Notes under the pieces: generated by a model
The model's database searches: none
Told to the model about the DNA's origin: nothing
The model's input: only the letters and a program-made list of their open reading frames with translations
Source: Pseudomonadota bacterium
GTDB lineage: Bacteria; Bdellovibrionota_C; UBA2361; OMII01
Assembly (NCBI GenBank): GCA_027485595.1
Contig: JAIXQT010000075.1
Coordinates: 44,589 to 108,588, forward strand
Reading direction: 5' to 3'
DNA length: 64,000 nt
Shown: in pieces, positions 9,667 to 20,253 of the stretch
Position numbering within the stretch: the stretch's first letter is position 1
Layout: every line of letters starts with the position of its first letter
Translations under genes and position numbers: made by a program

Positions 9667-11964
9667 CTACAGCATATCCTGCGGATCAAGATCGAATACA
9701 ATCCGAGCGTTCTTTTCCCCCGCTGAGTCACGCTTTAATCGTAGCATGAGATTCTGCAACTTCGCGGCTGACTGCGCCTTGAAGAGGATGTGGTATCGCC
9801 AGTAATTTCGAACTTTCTCGACCGGAGCGGGCGCGGGGCCTAAGAGTGTCACGCCGAGCGTATCGCACGGCTCTGCGGCTCGACCTGCTATTCTCGCAGC
9901 GATAGTCGCGGCGCTATTTTTGTCCTCCGCTCCGACAATAATCCGTAAAAGACGCTGAAATGGCGGATATCCAAGCATCTCCCGCATCTCGAGCTCCTGT
10001 TTCGCGAAGCCGTGGTAGTTCGCCGCGATCGTCATTTGTAAACTTGCGTGTTGAGGTACCCGTGTTTGGAGGATGACGTGTCCCTGTTTCTCTCGACGAC
10101 CTGCGCGACCCGCTACCTGGGTGAGAAGTTGAAAGGCTCGTTCCCCAGCTCGAAAGTCGGGAACATGAAGGCCCACATCGCAATCGACGATACCGACAAG
10201 TGTCACATCAGGGAGATCATGCCCCTTCGCGATCATCTGGGTGCCGACCAAGATATCGATCTCTTTGGCGCGCATTTTGTGCAGTACTGCGGTGTAGTCA
10301 TCTATCGTTTTGACCGCGTCCCGATCGAGTTTAGCGATGCGAGCTGAGGGGAGAAGCTCGGAGATCTCCTCGAATACTCGCTCGGTCCCCGCTCCGCGTT
10401 GTTTGAAGAGGGGCTCGGCCTCAAGGTTTCCGGATGCGTGGGGATCCTTCGCCCCGCAACTCGAACAGGCAACCGGAGGAGGAGTGGTGAATCCACAGAA
10501 GTGACAGAGGAGGGAGTTCGAGTTTCTGTGATAGGTGAGGGTGACGCTACAGTGCGGACATCCGACCACGGTCTCACATCCAGTGCACTGTAAGTAGCTC
10601 GCGAAGCCGCGTCGGTTGTAGAGGACGAACGCTTGCTCTCCGCTGTGCAGCGCCTCTTTGAGGGCAGTGAGGAGCTTTGGTGATATATTTCGAGAGGGCA
10701 TCTCCCACGGCTTAAGGCGATTGAGGTCGACAAGGTCGAAGGAGAGGGGGCGTGAGGTAAAAAATCGACTCTTAAGGGTAAGGAGGTGGTGTTTGCCGGA
10801 CCTCGCGTGCTGGAAACTTTCAAGGGAAGGCGTAGCCGATCCGAGAACGATGGGACATCCAACGAGTTTGGCGCGCACAACCGCCAGGTCTCGGGCGTTG
10901 TACCGAATCCCCTCACCTTGTTTAAAGGAACCGTCGTGCTCCTCGTCAACCACGATAACACCGAGGTCTTTCATCGGCGCGAAGATCGCTGATCGAGCGC
11001 CGATAACGACCCTCGTTTCTCCCGAGAGAACACCGCTCCAGTGTTGCCACCGTTGATGTGGTTTTAGACTACTGTGAAGAACCGCGACCCGTTGACCGAG
11101 ACGGCTCTCGAACCGATCGAGAAGCTGTGGTGTGAGTGCTATTTCGGGCACCACCACAAGAGCTGATCGTCCGTGGTTGAGTGCCTCGATGATGAGTTCA
11201 AGGTATACCTCAGTTTTGCCACTCCCTGTGACGCCATGAAGAAGAAATGACGCAAAGGATCTCTCCTTCACGTGGGAGAGGATTGGGTGGGTGGCGTCCC
11301 GTTGCTCTTGAGACATCGCATCGATCAGCGATGTCGCAGTGGTTGTCAGACGCTCCGTTTGCTCGGAGGGAGGGGTGGGAGCGCTTTGTATCAATCCTTT
11401 TTCCTCAAGCGTTCGGATGATAGCAGAGGAGACATCACATGCCTGACGCACCACGGAGGTCTGGGTCCATGTATTCTTCCGTGAAAGATAGTCGATAACC
11501 CGCTGTTGCGCCGAACCCAGTTTGGTTGAGGGGAGAGGGGACGTGACGTTGATGAAGGGATCTTTACGGCCAAAGGCGGGTGTTGGAACAGCCACATCGA
11601 GGATCTTTGAGAGAGGTTCCGCGTAGTACTTTGCGATCCACTCGAAGAAGGCGAGGTGCTCTTCGGTAAAAGCTTTTAGGGGCCGAGATGAGGAGGGGAT
11701 TGGTTTAATCTTAACCCCGCGCTGAATCACCTCTCGAGCTGCCTCTCGTTCTCGCTCCGAATTAGCCGATATGACGAATCCTGGCACAGCGCGACGTCCA
11801 AGCTGCACTTCAATCAGGCAGCCGACGGAGATATCTGCGCATACCGTTGGGTCGAAGGCGTACAGGTATTCACCCTCGAGGGGCGGCACGACCACGGTGA
11901 CCAGGGAACCTGGTATCTCCTGAACTGGAGGCGTTGGTGTGTCTATGAGGGATAATTGCGCCAT
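9667..11964 (-). CDS. priA: Primosomal protein N' (PriA)
   Basis: GVTGSGKT, DEEH, SATPS, four CxxC pairs, KGHDLP, QVAGRAGR; start placed at MAQLSL. Confidence 0.96.
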   Translation of the reverse strand: MAQLSLIDTPTPPVQEIPGSLVTVVVPPLEGEYLYAFDPTVCADISVGCLIEVQLGRRAVPGFVISANSEREREAAREVIQRGVKIKPIPSSSRPLKAFTEEHLAFFEWIAKYYAEPLSKILDVAVPTPAFGRKDPFINVTSPLPSTKLGSAQQRVIDYLSRKNTWTQTSVVRQACDVSSAIIRTLEEKGLIQSAPTPPSEQTERLTTTATSLIDAMSQEQRDATHPILSHVKERSFASFLLHGVTGSGKTEVYLELIIEALNHGRSALVVVPEIALTPQLLDRFESRLGQRVAVLHSSLKPHQRWQHWSGVLSGETRVVIGARSAIFAPMKDLGVIVVDEEHDGSFKQGEGIRYNARDLAVVRAKLVGCPIVLGSATPSLESFQHARSGKHHLLTLKSRFFTSRPLSFDLVDLNRLKPWEMPSRNISPKLLTALKEALHSGEQAFVLYNRRGFASYLQCTGCETVVGCPHCSVTLTYHRNSNSLLCHFCGFTTPPPVACSSCGAKDPHASGNLEAEPLFKQRGAGTERVFEEISELLPSARIAKLDRDAVKTIDDYTAVLHKMRAKEIDILVGTQMIAKGHDLPDVTLVGIVDCDVGLHVPDFRAGERAFQLLTQVAGRAGRREKQGHVILQTRVPQHASLQMTIAANYHGFAKQELEMREMLGYPPFQRLLRIIVGAEDKNSAATIAARIAGRAAEPCDTLGVTLLGPAPAPVEKVRNYWRYHILFKAQSAAKLQNLMLRLKRDSAGEKNARIVFDLDPQDML

Positions 11965-12125
11965 CGTCAGGGTATTGTACCCCGTTACAGGTAAGTTGGA
12001 AGCGTCGAATACTGGAAATGGATCCCGGCCACGCGGCTGATGTGCCATCGTTGCTGCGCGCCGACGTTGTTATTTGGTAAGAGGTTGATTTCCTTGTCTC
12101 CTGACCCTGCACAACATCGATAAAG

Positions 12126-13064
12126 GTGCCTTCTCCCGCGCAACACTTAGCCTTCATTCTCGATGTATGTCTCAGGAGTATGGCGCGAGGTATGAGAGCT
12201 TTTCTTCAGAGATGGTGGCACGGACGAGATCCGATTCTAGGGATAGATGTGCGTGATGACAGTATTGTGGTCTCGGATATCAATCTGAGCGGCTCGAATC
12301 GTTGGCTCAAGATATCCGATGGTTCCCGCGAACCTGGCAGTCGTGGACCTCTCGTTGATCCAGACCTCTTCATATCAAATATTCGGGAATTCATCGCCGC
12401 TGGGCCGTTGCCCATAGAACGGTGCGCCGTCGCGTTGCCGGAGAGCCTTACCTACATGGCCTCCGTTACGCTCCCCAAAAATATTCCCCAAAAGGCGGAG
12501 GACGTGAGGTATGAAGCGGCCCTTGAAGGGGCATATCTTCGTCGCCACGACGTTCGCGGAGCGATATATCCTCTTTGCGAAGACGGTTCCAGGGTACTCG
12601 TTGTCGCGGTGAAAATCGCGGAGGTGGAAGCGCTGGAGAGCGCTCTTCGTTTAATCGGTCTCGAGGTTTCGTGTCTCACACCCCGTGTGTTCGCGCTCCA
12701 TCATCTCGTTGCGCTATCTGGTGTGGAGGTAACGGCCGATCTGGTAGCGTACTGTGATAATACCGCGACGATTCCACAGTTTCATCTCTTTCAACGCCCC
12801 TTCTATCTCGCCTCGGCTCGTGGATGCCCGGACTTCTTGAAAGCGCTCGAACGAATTGCGTATTCAGAGCGAAGCGAGAATAAGAGGCGCGGAATCTCTC
12901 TCTTCCTACATGGCCAACATCCAACCGAGATAGGGCCCCAACACCGAGATTTTTTTTGTCAGGTCGTGAACCTCACCACAGTGCCCTTACCGCGCGGCCT
13001 TACCCTGGCTCAAGATCAGGTGGTGCCCGCCGCTCTGTCGTTGTGGGAGACACGCCATGTATAG
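12126..13064 (+). CDS. Highly diverged PilM-like protein
   Basis: LGIDVRDDSIV and L..IGL.....P.VFAL resemble PilM; first gene of an operon ending in the secretin. Confidence 0.55.
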   Translation: MPSPAQHLAFILDVCLRSMARGMRAFLQRWWHGRDPILGIDVRDDSIVVSDINLSGSNRWLKISDGSREPGSRGPLVDPDLFISNIREFIAAGPLPIERCAVALPESLTYMASVTLPKNIPQKAEDVRYEAALEGAYLRRHDVRGAIYPLCEDGSRVLVVAVKIAEVEALESALRLIGLEVSCLTPRVFALHHLVALSGVEVTADLVAYCDNTATIPQFHLFQRPFYLASARGCPDFLKALERIAYSERSENKRRGISLFLHGQHPTEIGPQHRDFFCQVVNLTTVPLPRGLTLAQDQVVPAALSLWETRHV

Positions 13065-13590
13065 AGTCAACCTCATGACAAGCCCGTCATGGACCGTGGT
13101 AGAACTACGCGCGTTATGTGTCAGGCAGCTCACCTGCGCATGCTGTGTGCTAGCGGCGTTGTGGGGCGGAACCTTCATCCTGCATTACTGGGGTGGATGT
13201 TCGAGTGCTCAGGCATCATCAAAGATGGGTGGCTCGGCGGAGCAGATAGAGCGATGTCGGGCTGAGCTCGAAGAATCTGAGCGTGTGTATCGATGGCTTT
13301 CCGAGAGTAATGAATCGCGTGCGCAGCCCGCGCAAATCCTGATCGCTCTGGAAAAGATAATGCCCTCTGATGTGTGGCTCAGAGAGATCGTTGTTTCCGA
13401 GGGGAGCGTGCGCATTATCGGGTTATCTCGCTCGGAATCGTCGGTGGCGAATTTTCAGGGCGGCTTGGTGGATAGTGGCGTTTTTCGGCATCCCCGTCTT
13501 GAGTCCTCCCAGGTAGCGCACGATGTCTCAACGGATTGCCGAGAGTTTCGAATATCCGCGGATATGGCGCCTCGACGAGGTGAGCGTTGA
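13057..13590 (+). CDS. PilN-like protein
   Basis: N-terminal RVNL motif, TM, LEKIMPSDVWLREI...IIGLSRSESSVANF; overlaps the pilM-like gene. Confidence 0.7.
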   Translation: MYRVNLMTSPSWTVVELRALCVRQLTCACCVLAALWGGTFILHYWGGCSSAQASSKMGGSAEQIERCRAELEESERVYRWLSESNESRAQPAQILIALEKIMPSDVWLREIVVSEGSVRIIGLSRSESSVANFQGGLVDSGVFRHPRLESSQVAHDVSTDCREFRISADMAPRRGER

Positions 13591-13768
13591 CAATGAAGAG
13601 GGGGAAAAGAATGCAACTGGTACCAGAAGGCAGCTCCTCGCGGTTGCACATCACGGACTGCCACGTCGTCAGAGCGCCGGGAAAAAGCTCCCTCGGTGTC
13701 TTAGTGGAGCCCCCTCTGAGCCGTGTGCTCGTCTTATCGTTGTTGGTACACATCCCGAGGCGCCCGCT

Positions 13769-14359
13769 ATGAAGGCAGCTTGGAGACCCGTCCTACTCAA
13801 CCGAGTATGCATGCGACTACGGTGTGTGTCTCGCCGACGCATGTATCTTCTCGGCGTGGGATTTCAACTGAGTGTTGTTGTCCTTGGTGCGCGCGCATTT
13901 GTTGTGCCCGAGGTGAGTGCGCTCCGAGAGTGCATTGCGTTACGTCTCGAGGAGCGCGCCGTCTTTGATTACCAATCGCAGGCGAGAGACGCGACCCGAG
14001 AACTGGCGTCACGGTTGGAGGAGGTGAGGGCCAAGCTTCGAGCCTTCGGTGAACTGAGCGTGGACGGAGGCCAGGTCCACTCGATTGCTCGAGCGTATGC
14101 GGATCATGCCAGCCTCAAACTTACGAGTTTTGTCGCGATGGAAACGGAAGGGGAGTATCTCGTGAACGTTGAGGGAGCATTTAATAACGCCGTTGTGTTT
14201 GCAGCGATTCTTGAGAGCCACCCCTCTACGCTCCGAGTGAGAAGGTTCAACGCGCACGTTGTCGAATCCTCGATTGATCGAATCGGGCTTGAGATCCTCA
14301 TCAAAAAATCGCCCCATGCGTCTGTCGGCCCGCGCTCCTGCTCTCTTCAGCGAGAGTGA
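13769..14359 (+). CDS. Diverged PilO-like protein
   Basis: TM, coiled segment and VNVEGAFNNAVVFAAILE (PilO-like ferredoxin fold); synteny; start uncertain. Confidence 0.5.
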   Translation: MKAAWRPVLLNRVCMRLRCVSRRRMYLLGVGFQLSVVVLGARAFVVPEVSALRECIALRLEERAVFDYQSQARDATRELASRLEEVRAKLRAFGELSVDGGQVHSIARAYADHASLKLTSFVAMETEGEYLVNVEGAFNNAVVFAAILESHPSTLRVRRFNAHVVESSIDRIGLEILIKKSPHASVGPRSCSLQRE

Positions 14360-14725
14360 CGTTGTTTTGTTTTTGTGTGTGACGGTGGTTGATTCCTTGC
14401 TGTGTAAGATTACAACTCGGGATTTCCAAAAATTCAGCGACCTTTGAAAAGACGGTGCCATCTCATCTTGGAGAGTTCGAATCATCAATCGTCATCCAAG
14501 CGAAGACTACCTTGGTTGAGAGAGATGAGTGGAGTGTAAAGGACGACGAGCTCTTGTGTGACCTTCGCCCTGTTTTTCCGGTGAGGGTTTTTCCGGAGAG
14601 GTTTTTCAGAAAGGGCCCCGTGGCATGTGCCGACAGCTGAGCGCAAAACACAAAATGCGAATGAGGAGCTCCAAGAGCTGTGCTGGCGGGTGCTGGGTTG
14701 ACGTGGCGGTTTTGAGGGGGAATGA

Positions 14726-17371
14726 ATGAAGTCTCTCATAGGTAATCAACGAATCCTGAGAGCGACACTCATGGTTGCGCTCACAGTCGTATCGTCGGTA
14801 GAGGCGGAGCCGCCGAGTTCCTCTGCTTTTGCTGGCCGCTCGGTCGTTCCACATTCAAAAGGTAACGTTGGCGTTCAGGTCGCGCACAGTAACGGTGTTG
14901 ATCAGGTCGCAATCGACACAGATTCGGAGCAACCAGTCTTCCAGGTAAAGCGGCTTGAGAATCCATCCCGACTCATCATCGACCTTACATCTCAAAGGAT
15001 TAGTTCCAGTAAATCCCTCGCGATCGCTGACTTGGATAGGGTTTCATCTATTCGCATTGGCGCTCAACCAACTTCAGGGCGGATCGTTATGGATCTGGCT
15101 GAAGGACAGAACATCACCCATAACGTTCGCTCCGAGGGCGGAAAGATAGTTGTTACCCTCTCATCAGGCGGCACGAATGTCGTTCATGAGGTGACCCAAG
15201 CTCCGGATTCTCGAAAAGCCGAAAAGCCTTCAGTTCTCCCGATAAAATCAGAGCCTCGATTGCCGGATGTTGAAGAGCGTGACGACGCGAATACAGAGCG
15301 CCTTATGAAGATAGAGAAGGCCGTGGTGCCGGCCTCTTTGAAGAACTCCGCTCCATCTGTCTCAACCACAGATATGGAGAAGAAAGAGCAAACTCCAAAG
15401 GTCGAGGCCCCAAAGCTCAAGGATCTCAAGCCCGCGATCGAGCAAGCCGTTGCGCCGCAGAGCTCTGACCTCTTAACCAAAGAGGTTTCGATCCTTCCGA
15501 TCTCCGCTACCACGACTGCGGACATCACTCGGGTGAAAAGCGTTCGTCTCTCCTCATCGCATGGCGCGACAACCTCGGTAGCGGTCGATGTCGAGACGAC
15601 GCCTGAATTTACGATTGAGCGAACAGCTCCGTCCGAATACGTGTTAACCCTGAAGAATACGACCCTTCCCGAAAGCGCGTTGAGCGCGACTTTGTTCTCG
15701 GAGTCTCAAACAGCTCCTATTCGGTCTGTGCGATCAACCGTGCGGGGACGAGATGCGCTTATCCGAATCTTTGCGCAACCTGATACGTATTTGACGGCCC
15801 GAGTTGCTGGTGCGCAGGTAGTCGTGGAGGAGACAAAGGATCTCAAGCAGGTTGTTCAGGATATGCGCGCGCAGCTTGCGCCTAAGAACGCTCCCTCACC
15901 CGCCGACGCAAAAGAGAAGTCCCTACCGGAGAATAAAGAGAAGATCGCTCCAGTCGTCAAGGACAACGCTGTGGCCGCGAAAGCAGAACCCGCGGTCAAA
16001 ACGACTACGGATGAGGAGATGTCTGAGAGCGAGGTGCGGTCGTTGCTTGGCGATACGGCTAAATACACCGGCAAACTGATCTCGCTTGACCTCCAAGATA
16101 CAGACATCGATAACGCCCTTCGGATTATTGCGGAGGTTTCAAATCTCAATATAGTCGCGAGTGAGGATGTGCTCGGAAAGGTAACTCTTCGACTTACAGA
16201 TGTACCATGGGACCAGGCGCTTGACGTGATCCTGAAGACGCACGGCCTTGATAAGGTGCTCGAAGGAAATGTGATGCGTATCGCTCCGATCGATAAGCTT
16301 CGCGTTGAGCGCGAGTCGCTGAAGCAGGCTCAGATCGCCGACATGGAGCTTGCCCAGCTCTTGGTAAAATATATCCGGGTCAGCTATGGTAAAGCCTCTG
16401 AGCTTAAGAGCTTGGTTGAGACCGTTTTGTCGGAGCGTGGTACTGTAGCCTACGACGAGCGGTCTAATCAGCTTATCGTGAAGGATATCCAATCCGGCCT
16501 CGATAATGTGACCGAGCTCGTTTCGAAGATCGATCTTCGGACACCCCAAGTTCTTCTTGAGACGCAGATCGTTGAGGCTAGTCGAAATCTTACCCGAGAT
16601 TTGGGTAGTGAACTTGGGTTTCAATACATTCAGTCTCCATCAACTGGTAACGGCACGGGCATGAATTTCCCGTCCGCGGTATCGGTAGGCGGAACGCTCG
16701 CGAACAACGGTCTCGGTGCCTCTGCGTTCCCAGCCGCGGTATCAGCTACGGCCGGTTCAGCTGTGAGTATGTTGTTTGATAGCGCAGATGGTAGCAAGAC
16801 ACTGGAGCTTCGGCTCACTCAGTTAGAGGCAGAGGGACGTGTTCGGATCGTGAGCCGTCCGGCGGTCGCTACGACTAACAATAAGCCAGCCGAGATTAAG
16901 AGCGTTGAGAAGTATCGCGTTAGGCTACCAAGCGGAGGAACCTCGGTCGCTACTGGTCAGGGATCGACAGCAAATGGAACGGGAGGCACCGCTACAGAGG
17001 TTATCGAGGCGGGAATCGTTCTGAACGTCACTCCTCAAGCATCTCCTGACTACTACATCTTGCTCGATATCAAGGCTAAGTCCAGCACCTTTGGAACCTC
17101 GACGGTGGAGGGCATTCCGAACGAGGTGGAGCGGAGCGCAAGCTCGTCAGTTCTCGTGTCGAGCGGTCAGACGTTTGCTCTCGGCGGAATCTACAAGCTC
17201 ATGGATAAAGATGATGTGACTGGAGTTCCGTTCATCAAGGATATCCCGGTGCTTGGGACGTTCTTCCGACGTCTGCAGACCACCAACACTGATGAGGAGC
17301 TGTTGTTCTTCATTACGCCGCGAATCGTTGAGGGAAGCTTCGACAATTCAATTATGAAGTCTGACTCCTAG
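14726..17371 (+). CDS. pilQ: Type IV pilus secretin PilQ with AMIN domains
   Basis: AMIN (LENPSRLIIDL), YTGKLISLDLQD, VPWDQALD, PQVLLETQIVE, VPFIKDIPVLGTFFR, ELLFFITPRIV. Confidence 0.95.
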   Translation: MKSLIGNQRILRATLMVALTVVSSVEAEPPSSSAFAGRSVVPHSKGNVGVQVAHSNGVDQVAIDTDSEQPVFQVKRLENPSRLIIDLTSQRISSSKSLAIADLDRVSSIRIGAQPTSGRIVMDLAEGQNITHNVRSEGGKIVVTLSSGGTNVVHEVTQAPDSRKAEKPSVLPIKSEPRLPDVEERDDANTERLMKIEKAVVPASLKNSAPSVSTTDMEKKEQTPKVEAPKLKDLKPAIEQAVAPQSSDLLTKEVSILPISATTTADITRVKSVRLSSSHGATTSVAVDVETTPEFTIERTAPSEYVLTLKNTTLPESALSATLFSESQTAPIRSVRSTVRGRDALIRIFAQPDTYLTARVAGAQVVVEETKDLKQVVQDMRAQLAPKNAPSPADAKEKSLPENKEKIAPVVKDNAVAAKAEPAVKTTTDEEMSESEVRSLLGDTAKYTGKLISLDLQDTDIDNALRIIAEVSNLNIVASEDVLGKVTLRLTDVPWDQALDVILKTHGLDKVLEGNVMRIAPIDKLRVERESLKQAQIADMELAQLLVKYIRVSYGKASELKSLVETVLSERGTVAYDERSNQLIVKDIQSGLDNVTELVSKIDLRTPQVLLETQIVEASRNLTRDLGSELGFQYIQSPSTGNGTGMNFPSAVSVGGTLANNGLGASAFPAAVSATAGSAVSMLFDSADGSKTLELRLTQLEAEGRVRIVSRPAVATTNNKPAEIKSVEKYRVRLPSGGTSVATGQGSTANGTGGTATEVIEAGIVLNVTPQASPDYYILLDIKAKSSTFGTSTVEGIPNEVERSASSSVLVSSGQTFALGGIYKLMDKDDVTGVPFIKDIPVLGTFFRRLQTTNTDEELLFFITPRIVEGSFDNSIMKSDS

Positions 17372-17396
17372 GATTCTACCGTTGAAGGAATTTGCT

Positions 17397-18257
17397 ATGA
17401 CACAGTACAGAGGCCTCCTCACTATCCTGATATCGATGTGTGCGATGATTGGGTGTGGCGGAAATGGAGCGTCTAATAATGACCAGGGGGTCTCGGTTAC
17501 CTTTCTTGGGGTCTTCGATGGTAGCTCGTCAGGGACATCAAATGGAACTCCGGTGCCCACCCCAACACCGAGTAGCACCACAAACGGATGCGGAGCCTTG
17601 CCGACGACTATTCTGACTGGCGCGATGCTGAACCTGGATCAAGCGGCGATGATACAAAACGGGACATTCCTGGCCTCCGTAGGACTACAAAACAATTTGC
17701 ATGGCCAGTTCTTTAGAGCGGATCGACTGCTCCTTGAGTACTTTATCCCTGGTTCATCTGTGCAACCGCCATCCACCACCTTTGCGCTTAACTTGCTCGC
17801 CGGTCCGGCTGAGGGTAGGGATCAGGGGGGGGCGAACTCGACGGGCGGAATACGACGGCCCATCGTGACGAGCCTTCCTCCATCGTTTCGCTCAAACTGC
17901 AATAGGGCTTTTGCTCAGGTGCCGCTTATTCCTCCAGCGATATTTGAATGGCTCGCCTTTAATCGGAACCAACTTCCAGCCACGCCTTTTGACATGGAGG
18001 TCGTGATTACCTTGACCGGATTGTCGTCGAGTGGGGACAGATATGACACCAATCCTGGAGCGTTCGGAATTATCGTAACGTCGGGTGGTGTGAACACCAA
18101 CGGGGACGTCTCTTCGAATTCAGACGCTACCGCCGAGGGGGGTGACGAGGCGCCCTCCTCCACACTGAGCGCGCCGCACGCCGGTGATGAGGATGAGCAG
18201 GGGCTTGAGGAGCTGGAGAGCGCTTTCAACACCGAGTCGGTGGTTGAGGGGGAATAG
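17397..18257 (+). CDS. Hypothetical lipoprotein downstream of pilQ
   Basis: Signal peptide with MIGC lipobox; acidic C-terminus. Confidence 0.65.
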   Translation: MTQYRGLLTILISMCAMIGCGGNGASNNDQGVSVTFLGVFDGSSSGTSNGTPVPTPTPSSTTNGCGALPTTILTGAMLNLDQAAMIQNGTFLASVGLQNNLHGQFFRADRLLLEYFIPGSSVQPPSTTFALNLLAGPAEGRDQGGANSTGGIRRPIVTSLPPSFRSNCNRAFAQVPLIPPAIFEWLAFNRNQLPATPFDMEVVITLTGLSSSGDRYDTNPGAFGIIVTSGGVNTNGDVSSNSDATAEGGDEAPSSTLSAPHAGDEDEQGLEELESAFNTESVVEGE

Positions 18258-18406
18258 AGGCTGTGTTCCCCCACGGTCGGCTGGGTAGCCTGGGGTGCGC
18301 CATATCGAGATCCACCACCTAAGTAGTTGTACTTACGCAGCTTGAGCTGGAAAATTTCAGACTTGGTATTGGCTTTATCTCGCCTTCGTGGCTAGGATAC
18401 GCCCCC

Positions 18407-18868
18407 ATGGATATCAAGGACATTGAGAACATCATCAAGATACTGAAACAGAACGAGGTAACCGAGTTCGAGCTTGAGCAAGAGGGAACTCGCGTCAAGC
18501 TCTCCAGAACGACTGGTGGCACCTATGTGACCTCAGAGGCTCGTTACGAGATGGTTCCGGCGGTGCAGGTTTCTATGGCCGCTCCGGCTGCCGCTCAAGC
18601 CGCCCCGCAGGAGGACCTCGGCCGTTATGTGAAGGTTGAGTCTCCGATCGTCGGTACGTTCTACCGTAAACCTTCACCGGACGCTGATGTGTTCGTGAAA
18701 GAGGGCGATACGGTAAGCAAAGGTGATACCCTTTGTATCATTGAAGCCATGAAGCTCATGAACGAGATTGAGGCACCCACGTCCGGCAAGATCGTAAAGG
18801 TCCTCGGAGTAGAGGGACAGGTTATCGAGTTTGGTGAGGTTCTCTTCCTCATCGACCCAGCTGTGTAA
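18407..18868 (+). CDS. accB: Acetyl-CoA carboxylase biotin carboxyl carrier protein
   Basis: [15 protein letters not shown] biotinylation motif. Confidence 0.97.
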   Translation: MDIKDIENIIKILKQNEVTEFELEQEGTRVKLSRTTGGTYVTSEARYEMVPAVQVSMAAPAAAQAAPQEDLGRYVKVESPIVGTFYRKPSPDADVFVKEGDTVSKGDTLCIIEAMKLMNEIEAPTSGKIVKVLGVEGQVIEFGEVLFLIDPAV

Positions 18869-18891
18869 TCACACCTACGGCGGTACTTCAG

Positions 18892-20250
18892 ATGAGTTCT
18901 GTGCCATTTCAAAAAGTTCTCGTAGCGAACCGCGGCGAGATCGCGCTTCGTATCATCCGCGCTTGTCATGAGCTCGGTATCAAAACTGTTGCAGTTCACT
19001 CGAAGGCGGATGAAGACGCGCTTCACGTTAAGCTCGCCACCGAGAGCGTGTGCATCGGGCCTGCTTTAGCGAAAGAAAGCTACTTAAACATCGCCTCTAT
19101 TATGTCAGCGGCCGTAGCGACACGTGCCGACGCCATTCATCCTGGATATGGATTCCTGAGTGAGAACGCGGCGTTCGCTGAGATCTGCGCGAGTTGTGGG
19201 ATTACCTTCATCGGACCAACAGTTCGCAGCATGCGCATCATGGGCGACAAGGCCCGCGCGCGTCGAGTGGCCGATAAGGTCGGAGTTCCGACGATTCCGG
19301 GCGACAGCAAGGGGATGCTTGACGCGGCAGAGGCTTTGAAAGCCGCTGACAAGGCTGGGTATCCGATCCTTCTGAAGGCGTGCGCCGGAGGCGGTGGACG
19401 TGGAATGAAGATCGTGAAGGGGCCGGAGGAGTTCGTTTCTACCTTCCAGACCGCGCAACGTGAAGTTGAGGCCGCTTTCGGTGATGGACACCTTCTGGTG
19501 GAGAAGTATCTTCCAAAGGTGCGGCACATCGAGGTTCAGGTCGCTGGAGATCTCTCTCACAACGCCATTCACCTCGGTATTCGAGATTGCTCTATTCAGC
19601 GCCGATATCAAAAGGTGATCGAGGAGTCTCCCTCGATAGGATTGCCTGAAAGTCTTCAAAGTCAGATTCAGGACGCGGCGCTTGAGCTTATTAAGTCTGT
19701 GAACTACTCCAGTCTCGGAACTGTTGAGTTCCTCGCTGATCTTGAGAACGAGAAGTTCTACTTCATTGAGATGAATACCCGATTGCAGGTAGAGCATCCG
19801 GTGACCGAGATGGTTACTGATGTGGACCTTGTGAAGGAGCAGATACGACTAGCTGCTGGCATGGAGCTTTCTTGGCAGCAGAAAGATATCAAGATCACCG
19901 GTCACGCGATTGAGGCTCGTATTAACGCTGAGGATCCTCGGACCCTCATTCCATCTCCCGGACTGATTAAGAGCTACCATCCACCTGGAGGAAATGGAGT
20001 TCGCGTTGATTCAGCGATTTACGCTGGATACTCCGTCAAGCCGTACTACGATTCTCTTATCTCTAAGTTGATCGTTCGAGATAAGGACAGAGCGTCATGC
20101 ATCAAGAAGCTCTTAGTAGCTCTCGACGAGTACCTGATCGACGGTATTTCGACGAACATTGAGCTCCACCGAAGAATCTTGTCGCACCCTGATTTCCAGA
20201 GTGGTAACTTCTCCACGAAGTTCCTCGATCAAGTTCAACTCTTCGGCTAG
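18892..20250 (+). CDS. accC: Biotin carboxylase
   Basis: ANRGEIA, HPGYGFLSEN, GGGGRG, EMNTRLQVEH. Confidence 0.97.
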   Translation: MSSVPFQKVLVANRGEIALRIIRACHELGIKTVAVHSKADEDALHVKLATESVCIGPALAKESYLNIASIMSAAVATRADAIHPGYGFLSENAAFAEICASCGITFIGPTVRSMRIMGDKARARRVADKVGVPTIPGDSKGMLDAAEALKAADKAGYPILLKACAGGGGRGMKIVKGPEEFVSTFQTAQREVEAAFGDGHLLVEKYLPKVRHIEVQVAGDLSHNAIHLGIRDCSIQRRYQKVIEESPSIGLPESLQSQIQDAALELIKSVNYSSLGTVEFLADLENEKFYFIEMNTRLQVEHPVTEMVTDVDLVKEQIRLAAGMELSWQQKDIKITGHAIEARINAEDPRTLIPSPGLIKSYHPPGGNGVRVDSAIYAGYSVKPYYDSLISKLIVRDKDRASCIKKLLVALDEYLIDGISTNIELHRRILSHPDFQSGNFSTKFLDQVQLFG

Positions 20251-20253
20251 TTA

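Noticed and set aside
14389-14640. pilP
   Set aside because: No lipobox or PilP motif; may be a spurious ORF
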